Virus record (IMG/VR): IMGVR_UViG_3300006868_000019
Origin: an uncultured virus (IMG/VR IMGVR_UViG_3300006868_000019)
Lineage: Duplodnaviria > Heunggongvirae > Uroviricota > Caudoviricetes
Length of the DNA: 64,000 bases
Strand: one strand, 5' to 3'
The position numbers and the translations under genes were made by a program. Shown here in pieces: positions 18,219 through 27,179 of this stretch (positions within the stretch are counted from its first letter, which is position 1; each line of letters opens with the position of its first letter). The notes under the pieces are model-generated. The model had not been told where the DNA came from. It saw nothing but the letters and a program-made list of their open reading frames with translations, and ran no database searches.

Positions 18219-18368
18219 ATGAGAATTTTTTTCGTGCTATTTTTTGTGTTATTAGTCGGCTGTGTCAAAGTGTCGGTATCATGTAAAGTAGATAATATAG
18301 ATGAAATCGCATCCGCGGTCGAAGACTGTAAAGAACAACCTAACATGGCTATATCAAAGGAGTTTTAG
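18219..18368 (+). CDS. Small putative lipoprotein, 49 aa (not in the ORF track)
   Basis: MRIFFVLFFVLLVGC lipobox-like signal, followed by two more Cys. Confidence 0.55.
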   Translation: MRIFFVLFFVLLVGCVKVSVSCKVDNIDEIASAVEDCKEQPNMAISKEF

Positions 18369-18413
18369 AAGTTATTACTTTTATACATAGTTATGTTGAA
18401 ACCCAAAGGAACC

Positions 18414-18722
18414 ATGCTAGAGCTAACAGATAACGCAATAAAGAGATTAACTTACATTGCCAATAAGGCAGGCACTCGTTATGTGAGATTAGACATTAAG
18501 GGTGGTGGATGTGCAGGCTTTGAATATAAGTGGAGTACTACGGATACAAGGGAAGATACTGATTGTTTATTAGGCGATATATTAGTAGCGTCTTTAGAAT
18601 TAGAGATGTACTTATTAGGTACAACGCTTGATTGGGTAGAGGAAGAGTTTAGTAGTGAATTTAAGATAACTAATCCTAATAGTAAAAGTAGTTGTGGCTG
18701 TGGGGAGAGTTTTAGCGTCTAG
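18414..18722 (+). CDS. A-type Fe-S cluster carrier (IscA/ErpA/HesB family)
   Basis: GGGCAGFEY and NPN..SSCGCGESF motifs; AAGGA RBS before ATG 18414. Confidence 0.93.
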   Translation: MLELTDNAIKRLTYIANKAGTRYVRLDIKGGGCAGFEYKWSTTDTREDTDCLLGDILVASLELEMYLLGTTLDWVEEEFSSEFKITNPNSKSSCGCGESFSV

Positions 18723-18789
18723 GAACTATCGTTAAAAATTTTTCGCTTTACTGTGCGAATACTTTGATGTTAACTTGTGCGGAAACTAT

Positions 18790-19596
18790 ATGAAATATGA
18801 AAAAGCAGATTTACCTGTATTAATCTCTATGCCACGTGCTGGTTCGCATTACGTAGGTCATTATATAAGACAAGCATATCTTAAACGAGGTATTGTAGGA
18901 CCTGAAAATCGTAGTTCGGAGTTTTTTAATAACGAAGACTATAGACAACCTATACAACAGAAAATAAAGTTATTTGAAGATTTAAGAGATAACTTTGGTG
19001 TAAATATGTTTTCTATCTATCATGGCCATCATATGAGTCAACATATATCAATGCCTAGTAAACCTCATTACACTTATCTATTTGATTGGTTTAAAGACTT
19101 CTATTTAGGTTATACGGTTGTTTTATTAAGACGTAAGAATATATGGAAACACTTTGTATCTTTTACGTTTCATAATATTATTAGAGATGAATTAGACAAG
19201 TATGGTAAAGAAAATGAAATAACACATCCTTGGCATTCTATGAATGTTACAGATGATGATGTATTAAAATCAACAATACAAACATACAACATAAAGTTTA
19301 AGTTTACGGATGCTCATTTTGAAAAGTTTTTATATTATGTAAGATTTTTTAATGAACATGTAATCAACTATTATAAAGATAAATTAAATGTACATAATCT
19401 ATGGTTAGAGGATTGTACTCATAGTAAAATGGTTGATATGTTTATACCAGAAGAACGTAAATTAACTTATACAAATCCTTTTGAACCTAGTAAGATAAAG
19501 TATTTAACATATTTTAACAATACAATAGAATACAAAGCAAAGTTTACTAATTTATATAATACTCATTTTAAGCCATATGGGTATGAGGTAGATTAA
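18790..19596 (+). CDS. Sulfotransferase-like protein (Stf0-like)
   Basis: LISMPRAGSHY resembles the 5'-PSB loop; VVLLRRKN....FVS resembles the 3'-PB region. Confidence 0.5.
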   Translation: MKYEKADLPVLISMPRAGSHYVGHYIRQAYLKRGIVGPENRSSEFFNNEDYRQPIQQKIKLFEDLRDNFGVNMFSIYHGHHMSQHISMPSKPHYTYLFDWFKDFYLGYTVVLLRRKNIWKHFVSFTFHNIIRDELDKYGKENEITHPWHSMNVTDDDVLKSTIQTYNIKFKFTDAHFEKFLYYVRFFNEHVINYYKDKLNVHNLWLEDCTHSKMVDMFIPEERKLTYTNPFEPSKIKYLTYFNNTIEYKAKFTNLYNTHFKPYGYEVD

Positions 19597-20428
19597 ACGC
19601 CCACGCTTTTTCATAACACCAAAAACATTGCCAACACCATGCAGTAAAGTCTTTAGTTTGTTTACCTGAACCTACACAAGAACGTGTAATAGGAAACAAG
19701 TCTTCCATTAAACCTTCTTCTTTAAATACACCAGCAACAAATCTTTTATTTACATTTATATAAGGTTGATATACGTTATATGTTATATTAGGTTTGTTTG
19801 AAACATCACGTCTTGTTTCACCTTGTATTCTTTCTAAATTTTTAGGAGTATAATTGATTTCAGGAAATCTTTCTTTTGCATATTTGGCAAATGCCATACG
19901 TATTTGTACAGGTGGGTTTGCTGTCATACCATCTAATCTAATAGGTCCTTTAAATTGACTCATAAATTCAGGTATTAGTTTATCTAATTGTAAAATCTTT
20001 GCAACAGCAGTTACAGACATATTGCCATATAACTTTTGATTTTCTAACATACTATCTCTTGCTTTAGGCCACCAGCCACCTACTTCTCTATCGTTAAAGT
20101 CTTTGATTGTTATGTCATTTAACTTACCATTAGGAAACTTCTTTTGTAAATATTCAACTATTTCTCTAGCTGCGTCAGCGTCTTTAGGGGCGTTTACGTC
20201 ATTACACATAAAAGGAAATATTTCTATTTGCGGAAAGTGTTTTAATGTTAAGTATGTTGCTGACGCTGAGTCACAACCACCTGATAATGACATAACTATT
20301 TGTTTAGGTAAAAAATCATCATCAAAGTCAATATCTTTTAATGCTTGTTCTTTATATGGTGATTTGTTTATTTGTTCTTTTATATTTGTCCAAAATTCAA
20401 TTGTTTGATTTCCATATGTTAAGTTCAT
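19568..20428 (-). CDS. QueC-like PP-loop ATP pyrophosphatase
   Basis: SLSGGCDSA PP-loop; C-terminal TRSC...CWQCFWCYEK Cys cluster. Confidence 0.7.
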   Translation of the reverse strand: MNLTYGNQTIEFWTNIKEQINKSPYKEQALKDIDFDDDFLPKQIVMSLSGGCDSASATYLTLKHFPQIEIFPFMCNDVNAPKDADAAREIVEYLQKKFPNGKLNDITIKDFNDREVGGWWPKARDSMLENQKLYGNMSVTAVAKILQLDKLIPEFMSQFKGPIRLDGMTANPPVQIRMAFAKYAKERFPEINYTPKNLERIQGETRRDVSNKPNITYNVYQPYINVNKRFVAGVFKEEGLMEDLFPITRSCVGSGKQTKDFTAWCWQCFWCYEKAWAFNLPHTHMA

Positions 20429-21183
20429 TTTAATGCTCCTTGTCTAACTTGTCTCCAACGTTGTAGTTCTGGTGTAACGTTAAAGTATTCTTCACTTTTT
20501 ATTTTTTTAACTCTATTCTTGTCACTAGGTACAGCAAAGTTATCATAAGCCTTTTGTACATTTTTTCTTAATTTTCTACTTCTAGGATCAAAACCTCTAT
20601 TTGTTTTTACTAATAATAATGTTATGCCTTCTTTATGTGCAATCTCTTTTGCTTGTTCTATTTCATGTTCATTGTATCCAAATATTATATATTGCCACAC
20701 TATAGGGTGACCTGCCTGTACTCCCATTTTCATAGTTTCCCATACTTGTTTAAAATTAGAACCTATACGATACAATTCTGATTTCTCATCTAAACCATCA
20801 ACACCAAAGTACCAACAATTTTCTCCTAGACCATAACTATATGCTTTTTCCCACCACTTCTCATCCATGCCTTTTGTATTAGTACCATTAGTTGCAACTC
20901 TTAAACCTTTACCTAAACCGTCCATCATTTCTAAAAATGCAAGAAAGTCAGGATGATATATTGGGTCTGATATTTGACCACAAAAGGTTATCTGATTTTC
21001 ATAATAGTTTAATACTTTTCTAAATTCTGCTTTACCTATATCAAATGATCTTGCTATTCTAGGTAGACCTTCTACCTTTTGTCGTAAACATTGTGGGCAA
21101 CGTAATATACATCTATGTGATAGATCCATATTAGGTGAAGATAGTTTTTGATTTTGAATATAGAAGTCTGTTAAATGGCTCAT
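20425..21183 (-). CDS. Radical SAM protein (no attached SPASM domain)
   Basis: CILRCPQC (CxxxCxxC), FCGQISDP, TNG, FGVDGL, WQYIIF.YNEH. Confidence 0.88.
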   Translation of the reverse strand: MSHLTDFYIQNQKLSSPNMDLSHRCILRCPQCLRQKVEGLPRIARSFDIGKAEFRKVLNYYENQITFCGQISDPIYHPDFLAFLEMMDGLGKGLRVATNGTNTKGMDEKWWEKAYSYGLGENCWYFGVDGLDEKSELYRIGSNFKQVWETMKMGVQAGHPIVWQYIIFGYNEHEIEQAKEIAHKEGITLLLVKTNRGFDPRSRKLRKNVQKAYDNFAVPSDKNRVKKIKSEEYFNVTPELQRWRQVRQGALK

Positions 21184-21503
21184 TTTTTATAAGTATCTTT
21201 TTCTAAATTACCACACTTGTATTGGCATTGTTTCAAAGCACAACTTGGATTATTTATTAGCGTATCAAAGAAGTGTTCCCACTCTTTAGATCCATATATA
21301 TCTTCTAACTTGTCAACATTTTTTAGTGCAAGGTGATCGTCTTTTAAATGAAAGACTTCCGTTACACCGTGATCGTTTTTAGGATCATCTAACCAACAAC
21401 AAGGTAACATATAACCATCAGATGTATAGGCTGCTGGTTTATGATAACTTTTAGGTTGATATGTTAAACATCTAGGTTTAATTTTTATATCTTTAGGATT
21501 CAT
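21180..21503 (-). CDS. Stand-alone SPASM/twitch-like Fe-S domain protein
   Basis: C...DGYMLPCCW...C.YKC; the ATG at 21503 lies just downstream of a promoter. Confidence 0.65.
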   Translation of the reverse strand: MNPKDIKIKPRCLTYQPKSYHKPAAYTSDGYMLPCCWLDDPKNDHGVTEVFHLKDDHLALKNVDKLEDIYGSKEWEHFFDTLINNPSCALKQCQYKCGNLEKDTYKK

Positions 21504-21509
21504 TTTTAT

Positions 21510-21538
21510 ATTGTAACACAATCTTAACATAAAGTCAA
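21510..21538 (-). promoter_or_regulatory. Sigma70-type promoter (minus strand)
   Basis: TTGACT, 17 nt spacer, TACAAT with extended TG. Confidence 0.65.
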
Positions 21539-21539
21539 G

Positions 21540-22961
21540 CTAGTAATACTCCTTTAGTTCAGGAAATACATCAAATAAATTGTACTCCCATTTAGTTCCC
21601 TTGTAACGTTCATCTATTTGTAATAAGTATTTAATTGTTTCTTTATAGTCATACCCATTATTGTCTTCTCGTAATACTTGTTGTATATCTGGCCACTTTT
21701 CATATTTAGGTATCAGTTCTTGTTTGAGTTTATCAGGCAATACGTTTGCAGCTAATTTTTCGGGACTTCTTATATTAGACCAGTTTATCATAGAGCCTCT
21801 TTCCCTTGTTTCAAATATATCAATATTTTTGTCGTACCATTCAGGCAACTCATAAAATCTAAGCACACTTAAAAACGATATAGCGCCATTAATATTTATT
21901 TTTACATTAGGGTACTTTCTAACGGTCTTAATGTTATTAACAATCTCATCCCAATTTGATCTTCTTCTAATATAGTTATTATATATTCCTACACTATCAA
22001 GTGATACGGTAAACTCAAATAAACCAAACTTAGGAATAAAATCTGTAACTTTCATTTTATCCATATTCATAGTTTGCATATTTGTCTGAAATTTTAAAAG
22101 CATTTTTTGACAATCATCAGGCGCCTTTTCTACCAATTTTTCAAGTAACTTATAATATGGTTTCATAACTAATGGTTCACCACCTATAAGTTTCATTGCA
22201 TAGATGTAAGGTGCTATATCTACTACCTGATCTGATATTTTATCTAAACTATCATTATCTAAATTAAATGATACTCCTGCTCTAGCATACTTTTGTAATT
22301 TTTGTGAATATATGGTTTGATTATCTAATGCCTTGTGTTGTATTGTTTCTATTCTTTTTGTTGAATCCCAAGGATGGCACATAAAACAATCAAGGTTACA
22401 TTTGTTACCATATACTTTTATCTGTACCTCAAAACATCTATCTTTTATATGACCTCTCAAATCTTCTTGGTATCTTCTTACAGATTTTTTTAGTTCAGGC
22501 CATATAAGTGAATCATTAGTTTGTATTTTAAGTGCAGCTTGTCGCCTTGATCTTCCGTATAGTTTTTCTTGTTTTCTACAAGTTCTACACCATTCATTTG
22601 TAAGTTTTAAATCAGAATTTTCATCTAGCATTTCTGCTCTTAACTTGTTTAGATTTTCATTATTTTCAAACCAATCTCTAAATGTAACGTCATGTATTTT
22701 AGGTGCTAAATGATCGTTGTTTAATTCAGCCCAAGAGCATGGTGCATATCTGCCTCTTGTATTGGTGTATAACATTTGAAAGGGAGCGCTACAGAAAAAC
22801 ATTTTTTGATCTTTGATTTTTTGTTCAAACTCACCATCACTCCAAGGTTTCATACAACCTGCTTGAAACCATTGACTAGTATCAACTTTACCATCGCCAA
22901 GATATTTGTCGCCTGGACCACCTTTTGTTAGATGTGATTTATCTTTTGTATCTTTTGTCAT
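21540..22961 (-). CDS. Radical SAM protein with N-terminal twitch/SPASM-like domain
   Basis: FCSAPF...PC...CRTC in the N-terminal part; CNLDCFMC; GGEP, TN, SLD, YIR. Confidence 0.88.
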   Translation of the reverse strand: MTKDTKDKSHLTKGGPGDKYLGDGKVDTSQWFQAGCMKPWSDGEFEQKIKDQKMFFCSAPFQMLYTNTRGRYAPCSWAELNNDHLAPKIHDVTFRDWFENNENLNKLRAEMLDENSDLKLTNEWCRTCRKQEKLYGRSRRQAALKIQTNDSLIWPELKKSVRRYQEDLRGHIKDRCFEVQIKVYGNKCNLDCFMCHPWDSTKRIETIQHKALDNQTIYSQKLQKYARAGVSFNLDNDSLDKISDQVVDIAPYIYAMKLIGGEPLVMKPYYKLLEKLVEKAPDDCQKMLLKFQTNMQTMNMDKMKVTDFIPKFGLFEFTVSLDSVGIYNNYIRRRSNWDEIVNNIKTVRKYPNVKININGAISFLSVLRFYELPEWYDKNIDIFETRERGSMINWSNIRSPEKLAANVLPDKLKQELIPKYEKWPDIQQVLREDNNGYDYKETIKYLLQIDERYKGTKWEYNLFDVFPELKEYY

Positions 22962-23724
22962 TTATATACACTTCAATTTTTTCAAACCCATAGTGATAAT
23001 TTTTATATAGGTCTTCATTTAACATAGATGGGAAAGTCCATCTCTTATCTTCATCGCCATGTTTACCTTCTTTGATACTTATGTCTTTATTAAGTACTTC
23101 AGGATGTTCTAATCTATCCATATCTGGATGAGGATATCCTACACCCACAAGTAGTTTAGGTTCTGACTCTAGTTTTAATAATTTTTGTACATTATCGCCT
23201 TTTACATCTCTTTCAAAGGCACTACAATAACCTGTTTTATATCCTAGTAAAGCTGCAGCCATAACTAATTGACCAGATGATATACCTATTGATGTATTCT
23301 TTTGTTCTTCTAAAGTATCTATTGCTATTTTAGTTGCGTTTGGTTGTGTAGCAACAATGTGTGTACCACTTCTTATATTTTTAGTTTCATCACAATACAC
23401 AAAAACAACAGGCGCTAGTATTTGTGAATTTGTTACAGCATATCTATGATCGGTAACAAACTTCTTTTTAGTATCTGTAAATATTTTATCTGTTTGAGTA
23501 TTTGTTTGAAAAGTAAATAACTTTGTTCGGTTATAGATTTTTCTTATAACATTAGGATTAGTATATACTCTTAAACTATAATGTGTTTCATTTTGCTTTG
23601 ATGGTGAGTTAGCTGCAACATAGATAAGTGTTTCTAAATCTTCCTCTGATACAGGTTTAGTCAAATCATAATTACGCTGTGCTTTTTTACATACATCAAT
23701 AGCATTCTTTATTTCATCATTCAT
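22939..23724 (-). CDS. Nitroreductase-family protein (start at 23724, not 23994)
   Basis: QRNYD, A.NSPSKQN, IGISSGQL..AAALLGYKTGYC, VGVGYP. Confidence 0.8.
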   Translation of the reverse strand: MNDEIKNAIDVCKKAQRNYDLTKPVSEEDLETLIYVAANSPSKQNETHYSLRVYTNPNVIRKIYNRTKLFTFQTNTQTDKIFTDTKKKFVTDHRYAVTNSQILAPVVFVYCDETKNIRSGTHIVATQPNATKIAIDTLEEQKNTSIGISSGQLVMAAALLGYKTGYCSAFERDVKGDNVQKLLKLESEPKLLVGVGYPHPDMDRLEHPEVLNKDISIKEGKHGDEDKRWTFPSMLNEDLYKNYHYGFEKIEVYINDKRYKR

Positions 23725-23803
23725 ATGCCTATTTATTATAAATATAACTAATATAATCTTATATTTACATTCCCGAACATTGCAGATAACTAGGAGGTAG
23801 TCT

Positions 23804-24061
23804 ATGCCAAAGAAGCATAAGAAAATAACTATATCCTCTCTAAAAAAGAAGGCACCTAAAGTACCTCCTTTCACGTGTATAAAGATTGACAATGTTATAA
23901 GTAAATTAGAGAAGATAGTAGATAAGAAAAAAGCGTTAGATAAGAAACAATTAAAAGAATTAGTAAAGAAACTTGAGGTATTAAGGGACGCCAATGATAA
24001 ACTACGTGATAGTGGGATATATTGGTATGAAAAATTAAAACACTTATTAAAAACGAGGTAG
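23804..24061 (+). CDS. Hypothetical basic coiled-coil protein
   Basis: AGGAGG RBS; TATAAATA at 23737-23744. Confidence 0.7.
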   Translation: MPKKHKKITISSLKKKAPKVPPFTCIKIDNVISKLEKIVDKKKALDKKQLKELVKKLEVLRDANDKLRDSGIYWYEKLKHLLKTR

Positions 24062-24071
24062 GAGGTCTTCT

Positions 24072-24149
24072 ATGAATTATTATTTTACAGGTGCTCTTAT
24101 AATATTGTTTATTTTGTTTACTTTATTTGTTACACCCTACCCATATTAA
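24072..24149 (+). CDS. 25-aa single-TM peptide (not in the ORF track)
   Basis: AGGAGG RBS; MNYYFTGALIILFILFTLFVTPYPY. Confidence 0.5.
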   Translation: MNYYFTGALIILFILFTLFVTPYPY

Positions 24150-24236
24150 AGTTTTGTTACAATCGGTTTTCCTATGTTAAATACTAGCGATAGTTATTAA
24201 ACTATCAATCTCTAAAGTAAAACATAGGAAACCTAG

Positions 24237-25169
24237 ATGAGAAAATTATTATTCAGTTTAATTATGATTTTGATGACAACTACATTATATGCAAGGGATC
24301 AAATTAACATTGTTGGTTCTTCAACAGTTTATCCATTTTCAACAGTAGTCGCAGAAAGATTTGGTAAGTCAGGTAAGTTTCAAACACCTGTCATTGAATC
24401 AACTGGTACTGGTGGTGGAATGAAACTATTTTGTAAAGGCATTGGTACAAACACACCAGATATGTCAAACGCAAGTAGAAAAATAAAACCAAAAGAAGTT
24501 AAACTTTGTAAAGATAATGGTGTTACCGATATTACACAAGTGATTGTAGGTTTAGATGGTATTGCTTTTACAAGTTCAGTACAAGGCAAACAATATAACT
24601 TTACAAAAAAACAACTTTGGGAAGCGATGGCTGATCTAGGATCAAAACCAACTAAATGGTCAGATATTGATCCTTCTTTACCAGACATTAAAATAGCAAT
24701 ACTTACACCACCTGCTACAAGTGGTACAAGGGATGCTTGGAATGATCTAGTAATGAAAAAAGGATGTCCTGAAACTATAAAAGGCAAAGAATGTTTTTTA
24801 TTAAGAGAAGATGGTGCAGTAATTGAAGTCGGTGAAAATGATACTTTGATTATTAACAAACTTGTAGGTGAACCAACATACTTTGGTATATTTGGTTTTA
24901 GTTATTACGATAATTCAAAAGATAAAGTTCAAGCACATACAATTGAAGATGTTAAAATATCTTTATCATCAATACAAGATGGTTCTTATCCAATAAGTCG
25001 ACCATTATACTTTTATGTAAAAAATCAACACATTGATGTAATACCAGGTATTGAGGAATTTGTAAAAGAGTTTACATCTAAAAGAGCTGCAGGTAAAAGA
25101 GGTTATCTTTTAGATTTAGGATTAGTACCTTTGAAAAGTTTAGATGAATCTATTTCTAAAGTAGAATAA
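24237..25169 (+). CDS. pstS: Phosphate ABC transporter substrate-binding protein
   Basis: Signal peptide, GSSTVYP, ESTGTGGG, ASR, SGTR, YPISRPLYFY. Confidence 0.95.
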   Translation: MRKLLFSLIMILMTTTLYARDQINIVGSSTVYPFSTVVAERFGKSGKFQTPVIESTGTGGGMKLFCKGIGTNTPDMSNASRKIKPKEVKLCKDNGVTDITQVIVGLDGIAFTSSVQGKQYNFTKKQLWEAMADLGSKPTKWSDIDPSLPDIKIAILTPPATSGTRDAWNDLVMKKGCPETIKGKECFLLREDGAVIEVGENDTLIINKLVGEPTYFGIFGFSYYDNSKDKVQAHTIEDVKISLSSIQDGSYPISRPLYFYVKNQHIDVIPGIEEFVKEFTSKRAAGKRGYLLDLGLVPLKSLDESISKVE

Positions 25170-25193
25170 AAAAAAGGGCGCCAAAAGGCGCCC
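25168..25193 (-). terminator. Intrinsic terminator between convergent genes
   Basis: GGGCGCC-AAAA-GGCGCCC stem with an adjacent A-tract (U-tract on the minus strand). Confidence 0.75.
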
Positions 25194-25214
25194 CTAACAA
25201 ACAACAAAGGTATT

Positions 25215-26519
25215 TTATAATTTTTCGTGTACCAACTTCATCCAATTATAATTTCTATGGATTGCCATTGTGCTAATGATTTTATTATTTTCAAAATCAA
25301 TTGTAATTGTTTGACCACCAAAACCATCTAATATGAATATTGGTTTATCTCTCTTACCAGAGATACCCATATGAAATTGACCACCGTATGATTTAGTGTG
25401 TGAAAATGCGTCTGTTGTATTTGCATTATTAGTTTTACCTTTTTTAATTCTGTTTTCATGTAAAGATTTTAAATATTGACCTTCACAAGTATTGTTGTTC
25501 CAATCATCTAACATTGCAACAGCAACTCTCATATAATCATATCTGGTTAGGTACATTCCATAATTTATAGACAAGTCAGATTTTTTAGATTCACTAGGTT
25601 GTTTCATCACAACATTATATTCAATACCAATTTTATTTTGAAATATATCTTTTAACATTTTTTTGTATTCTTTAGCACCCATAGTTGACATAACATAACT
25701 AGCAAAAACGTTTGTATTTAAATTTGCATAGTGATATTTGTTTTTACCAGGTGTAGTATTTTTTAATTCTTTTTTTGCAATACTATTTACTGACCATCTA
25801 TTAGACCATCTTTTTGAATTTTTAAAACTACCACCACCTTTGTTATCAACATATTTTTGTGAACCTGACGCCATATTAAGCACGTTAATTATAGGTTGAT
25901 TTTCAAATAAAGTATTTTCTAATACATCCCAGTTCATAGTTTCATGTATACCATTAACATATCCTCTACAAAGAGCATGCCCGTATATATATGACATAAT
26001 TGATTTACCCATAGAGTTTGAAACATACAAAGAATTGTTTTTAAATATTTTACCAAATCTATCTTTAGGTGTAATTTGATCTATTACTATCTCACCATCA
26101 ACATACATAAGGTAACTTAATAGAGCAGTTTTTTGAAATGCCTTTGTAACTTTCTCATCTTCTGTAAGATTAAAAGTAAACTCTTTATAATTTTTTGATT
26201 TCTTTATAACGATTTTGTGTTTTTCTTTTACTGGTTCGTTAATATATTTTTTTAGATATTTTTTTAATATCCTATAATCTGGATTTGCATCCCAAGGTAT
26301 TTCAGATGAAGTGCCATTTTCGTAACCTTTCCAAGGTGTATTCTTTGTATTCTTACCTGATACTTTTTTTATTTCTAATGTTTCGCCATCACAACCATTG
26401 ATGTACCATATCTGACTATATTTTTGTTCATGTTTACAAACGTCATGTTCTTCAGCGAATACAGCAGCGGCAGAAAATATAAATGAAAATATTAATATTG
26501 TTATCCAAAGTCTAAACAT
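25215..26519 (-). CDS. Exported serine hydrolase, beta-lactamase class C/PBP-like family
   Basis: Signal peptide; SxxK (SMGK), LNMASG, YxN (YAN), LDGFGGQ. Confidence 0.8.
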   Translation of the reverse strand: MFRLWITILIFSFIFSAAAVFAEEHDVCKHEQKYSQIWYINGCDGETLEIKKVSGKNTKNTPWKGYENGTSSEIPWDANPDYRILKKYLKKYINEPVKEKHKIVIKKSKNYKEFTFNLTEDEKVTKAFQKTALLSYLMYVDGEIVIDQITPKDRFGKIFKNNSLYVSNSMGKSIMSYIYGHALCRGYVNGIHETMNWDVLENTLFENQPIINVLNMASGSQKYVDNKGGGSFKNSKRWSNRWSVNSIAKKELKNTTPGKNKYHYANLNTNVFASYVMSTMGAKEYKKMLKDIFQNKIGIEYNVVMKQPSESKKSDLSINYGMYLTRYDYMRVAVAMLDDWNNNTCEGQYLKSLHENRIKKGKTNNANTTDAFSHTKSYGGQFHMGISGKRDKPIFILDGFGGQTITIDFENNKIISTMAIHRNYNWMKLVHEKL

Positions 26520-26797
26520 TATATTCCCATCCCTTCTAATCTAAAATCTACAACAGGTACAAAGTCGTAAGCGTATTCTTCATCCTCACCCATAGGACCT
26601 GACATCTTAACAACACAATCATTTTTCTTTCTGTTGTCAAAGAAAGTTTGTAAAGCAAGTTTTAAACTATCTGCCATTTGTTGATGTACAGATACGTTAA
26701 ACTTCGTAAACAAAGTACCACAACAAATTGTAATACCATCAGCAGACTCTGCCCTTGCAATGTTCATTATATCTTTTTTCAATTGTGTATCTTTCAT
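26519..26797 (-). CDS. Hypothetical protein
   Basis: 92 aa ORF with GGGAG RBS. Confidence 0.7.
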   Translation of the reverse strand: MKDTQLKKDIMNIARAESADGITICCGTLFTKFNVSVHQQMADSLKLALQTFFDNRKKNDCVVKMSGPMGEDEEYAYDFVPVVDFRLEGMGI

Positions 26798-26801
26798 AGT
26801 G

Positions 26802-26930
26802 TTATATCTCCCTTTTAGTTTTCATTATTTGTATTACTTCAAATAAAGATTTTGTTTTAAGTAATTTGTTTCCGTAAGCAAGTCTTTTTTCAAGTTTCTT
26901 AATTGCAGTTTTTAACTCTTTATTATTCAT
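26802..26930 (-). CDS. Hypothetical basic protein, 42 aa (not in the ORF track)
   Basis: MNNKELKTAIKKLEKRLAYGNKLL...; fills the gap in the operon. Confidence 0.5.
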   Translation of the reverse strand: MNNKELKTAIKKLEKRLAYGNKLLKTKSLFEVIQIMKTKREI

Positions 26931-27167
26931 TTATTTGTTTTGTAATGCGATTGTTATTAAACCAGATACTATACCTGTTAAGGCCATCATAGCACCTATC
27001 ATAAAGTTATTTGCTTCGATAGCACCAACAGATCCTACCATACTGAATAAAAATACAATAGCAGTAACTAATGATATGTTTTCTTTTATTTTTTTCATAA
27101 TTTCTTCCTTATATCTCAACTGATTGTAAGCTTCAATTTGATTAAGTGCTTGTTTTTGTAGTGTCAT
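26931..27167 (-). CDS. Hypothetical membrane protein
   Basis: AGGAG RBS; two hydrophobic segments. Confidence 0.65.
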   Translation of the reverse strand: MTLQKQALNQIEAYNQLRYKEEIMKKIKENISLVTAIVFLFSMVGSVGAIEANNFMIGAMMALTGIVSGLITIALQNK

Positions 27168-27179
27168 AGTGTTTTCTCC

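Noticed and set aside
19568..21183. Calling these queC and queE of a 7-deazaguanine DNA modification pathway
   Set aside because: The adjacent rSAM does not resemble QueE, and no folE, queD or dpdA is visible in the window, so no gene symbol was assigned.
23725..23994. N-terminal 90 aa of the 351-aa ORF in the track
   Set aside because: It is antisense to the 23804-24061 gene and crosses a promoter region. The nitroreductase starts at 23724.
24150..24236. Pho box upstream of pstS
   Set aside because: TAGTTAT-TAAA-CTATCAA matches the consensus only weakly and is equally explained as a small inverted repeat.
25215..26519. Antibiotic resistance gene
   Set aside because: The motifs define the broad serine hydrolase/PBP-like family. 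Nothing in the sequence shows beta-lactam hydrolysis.
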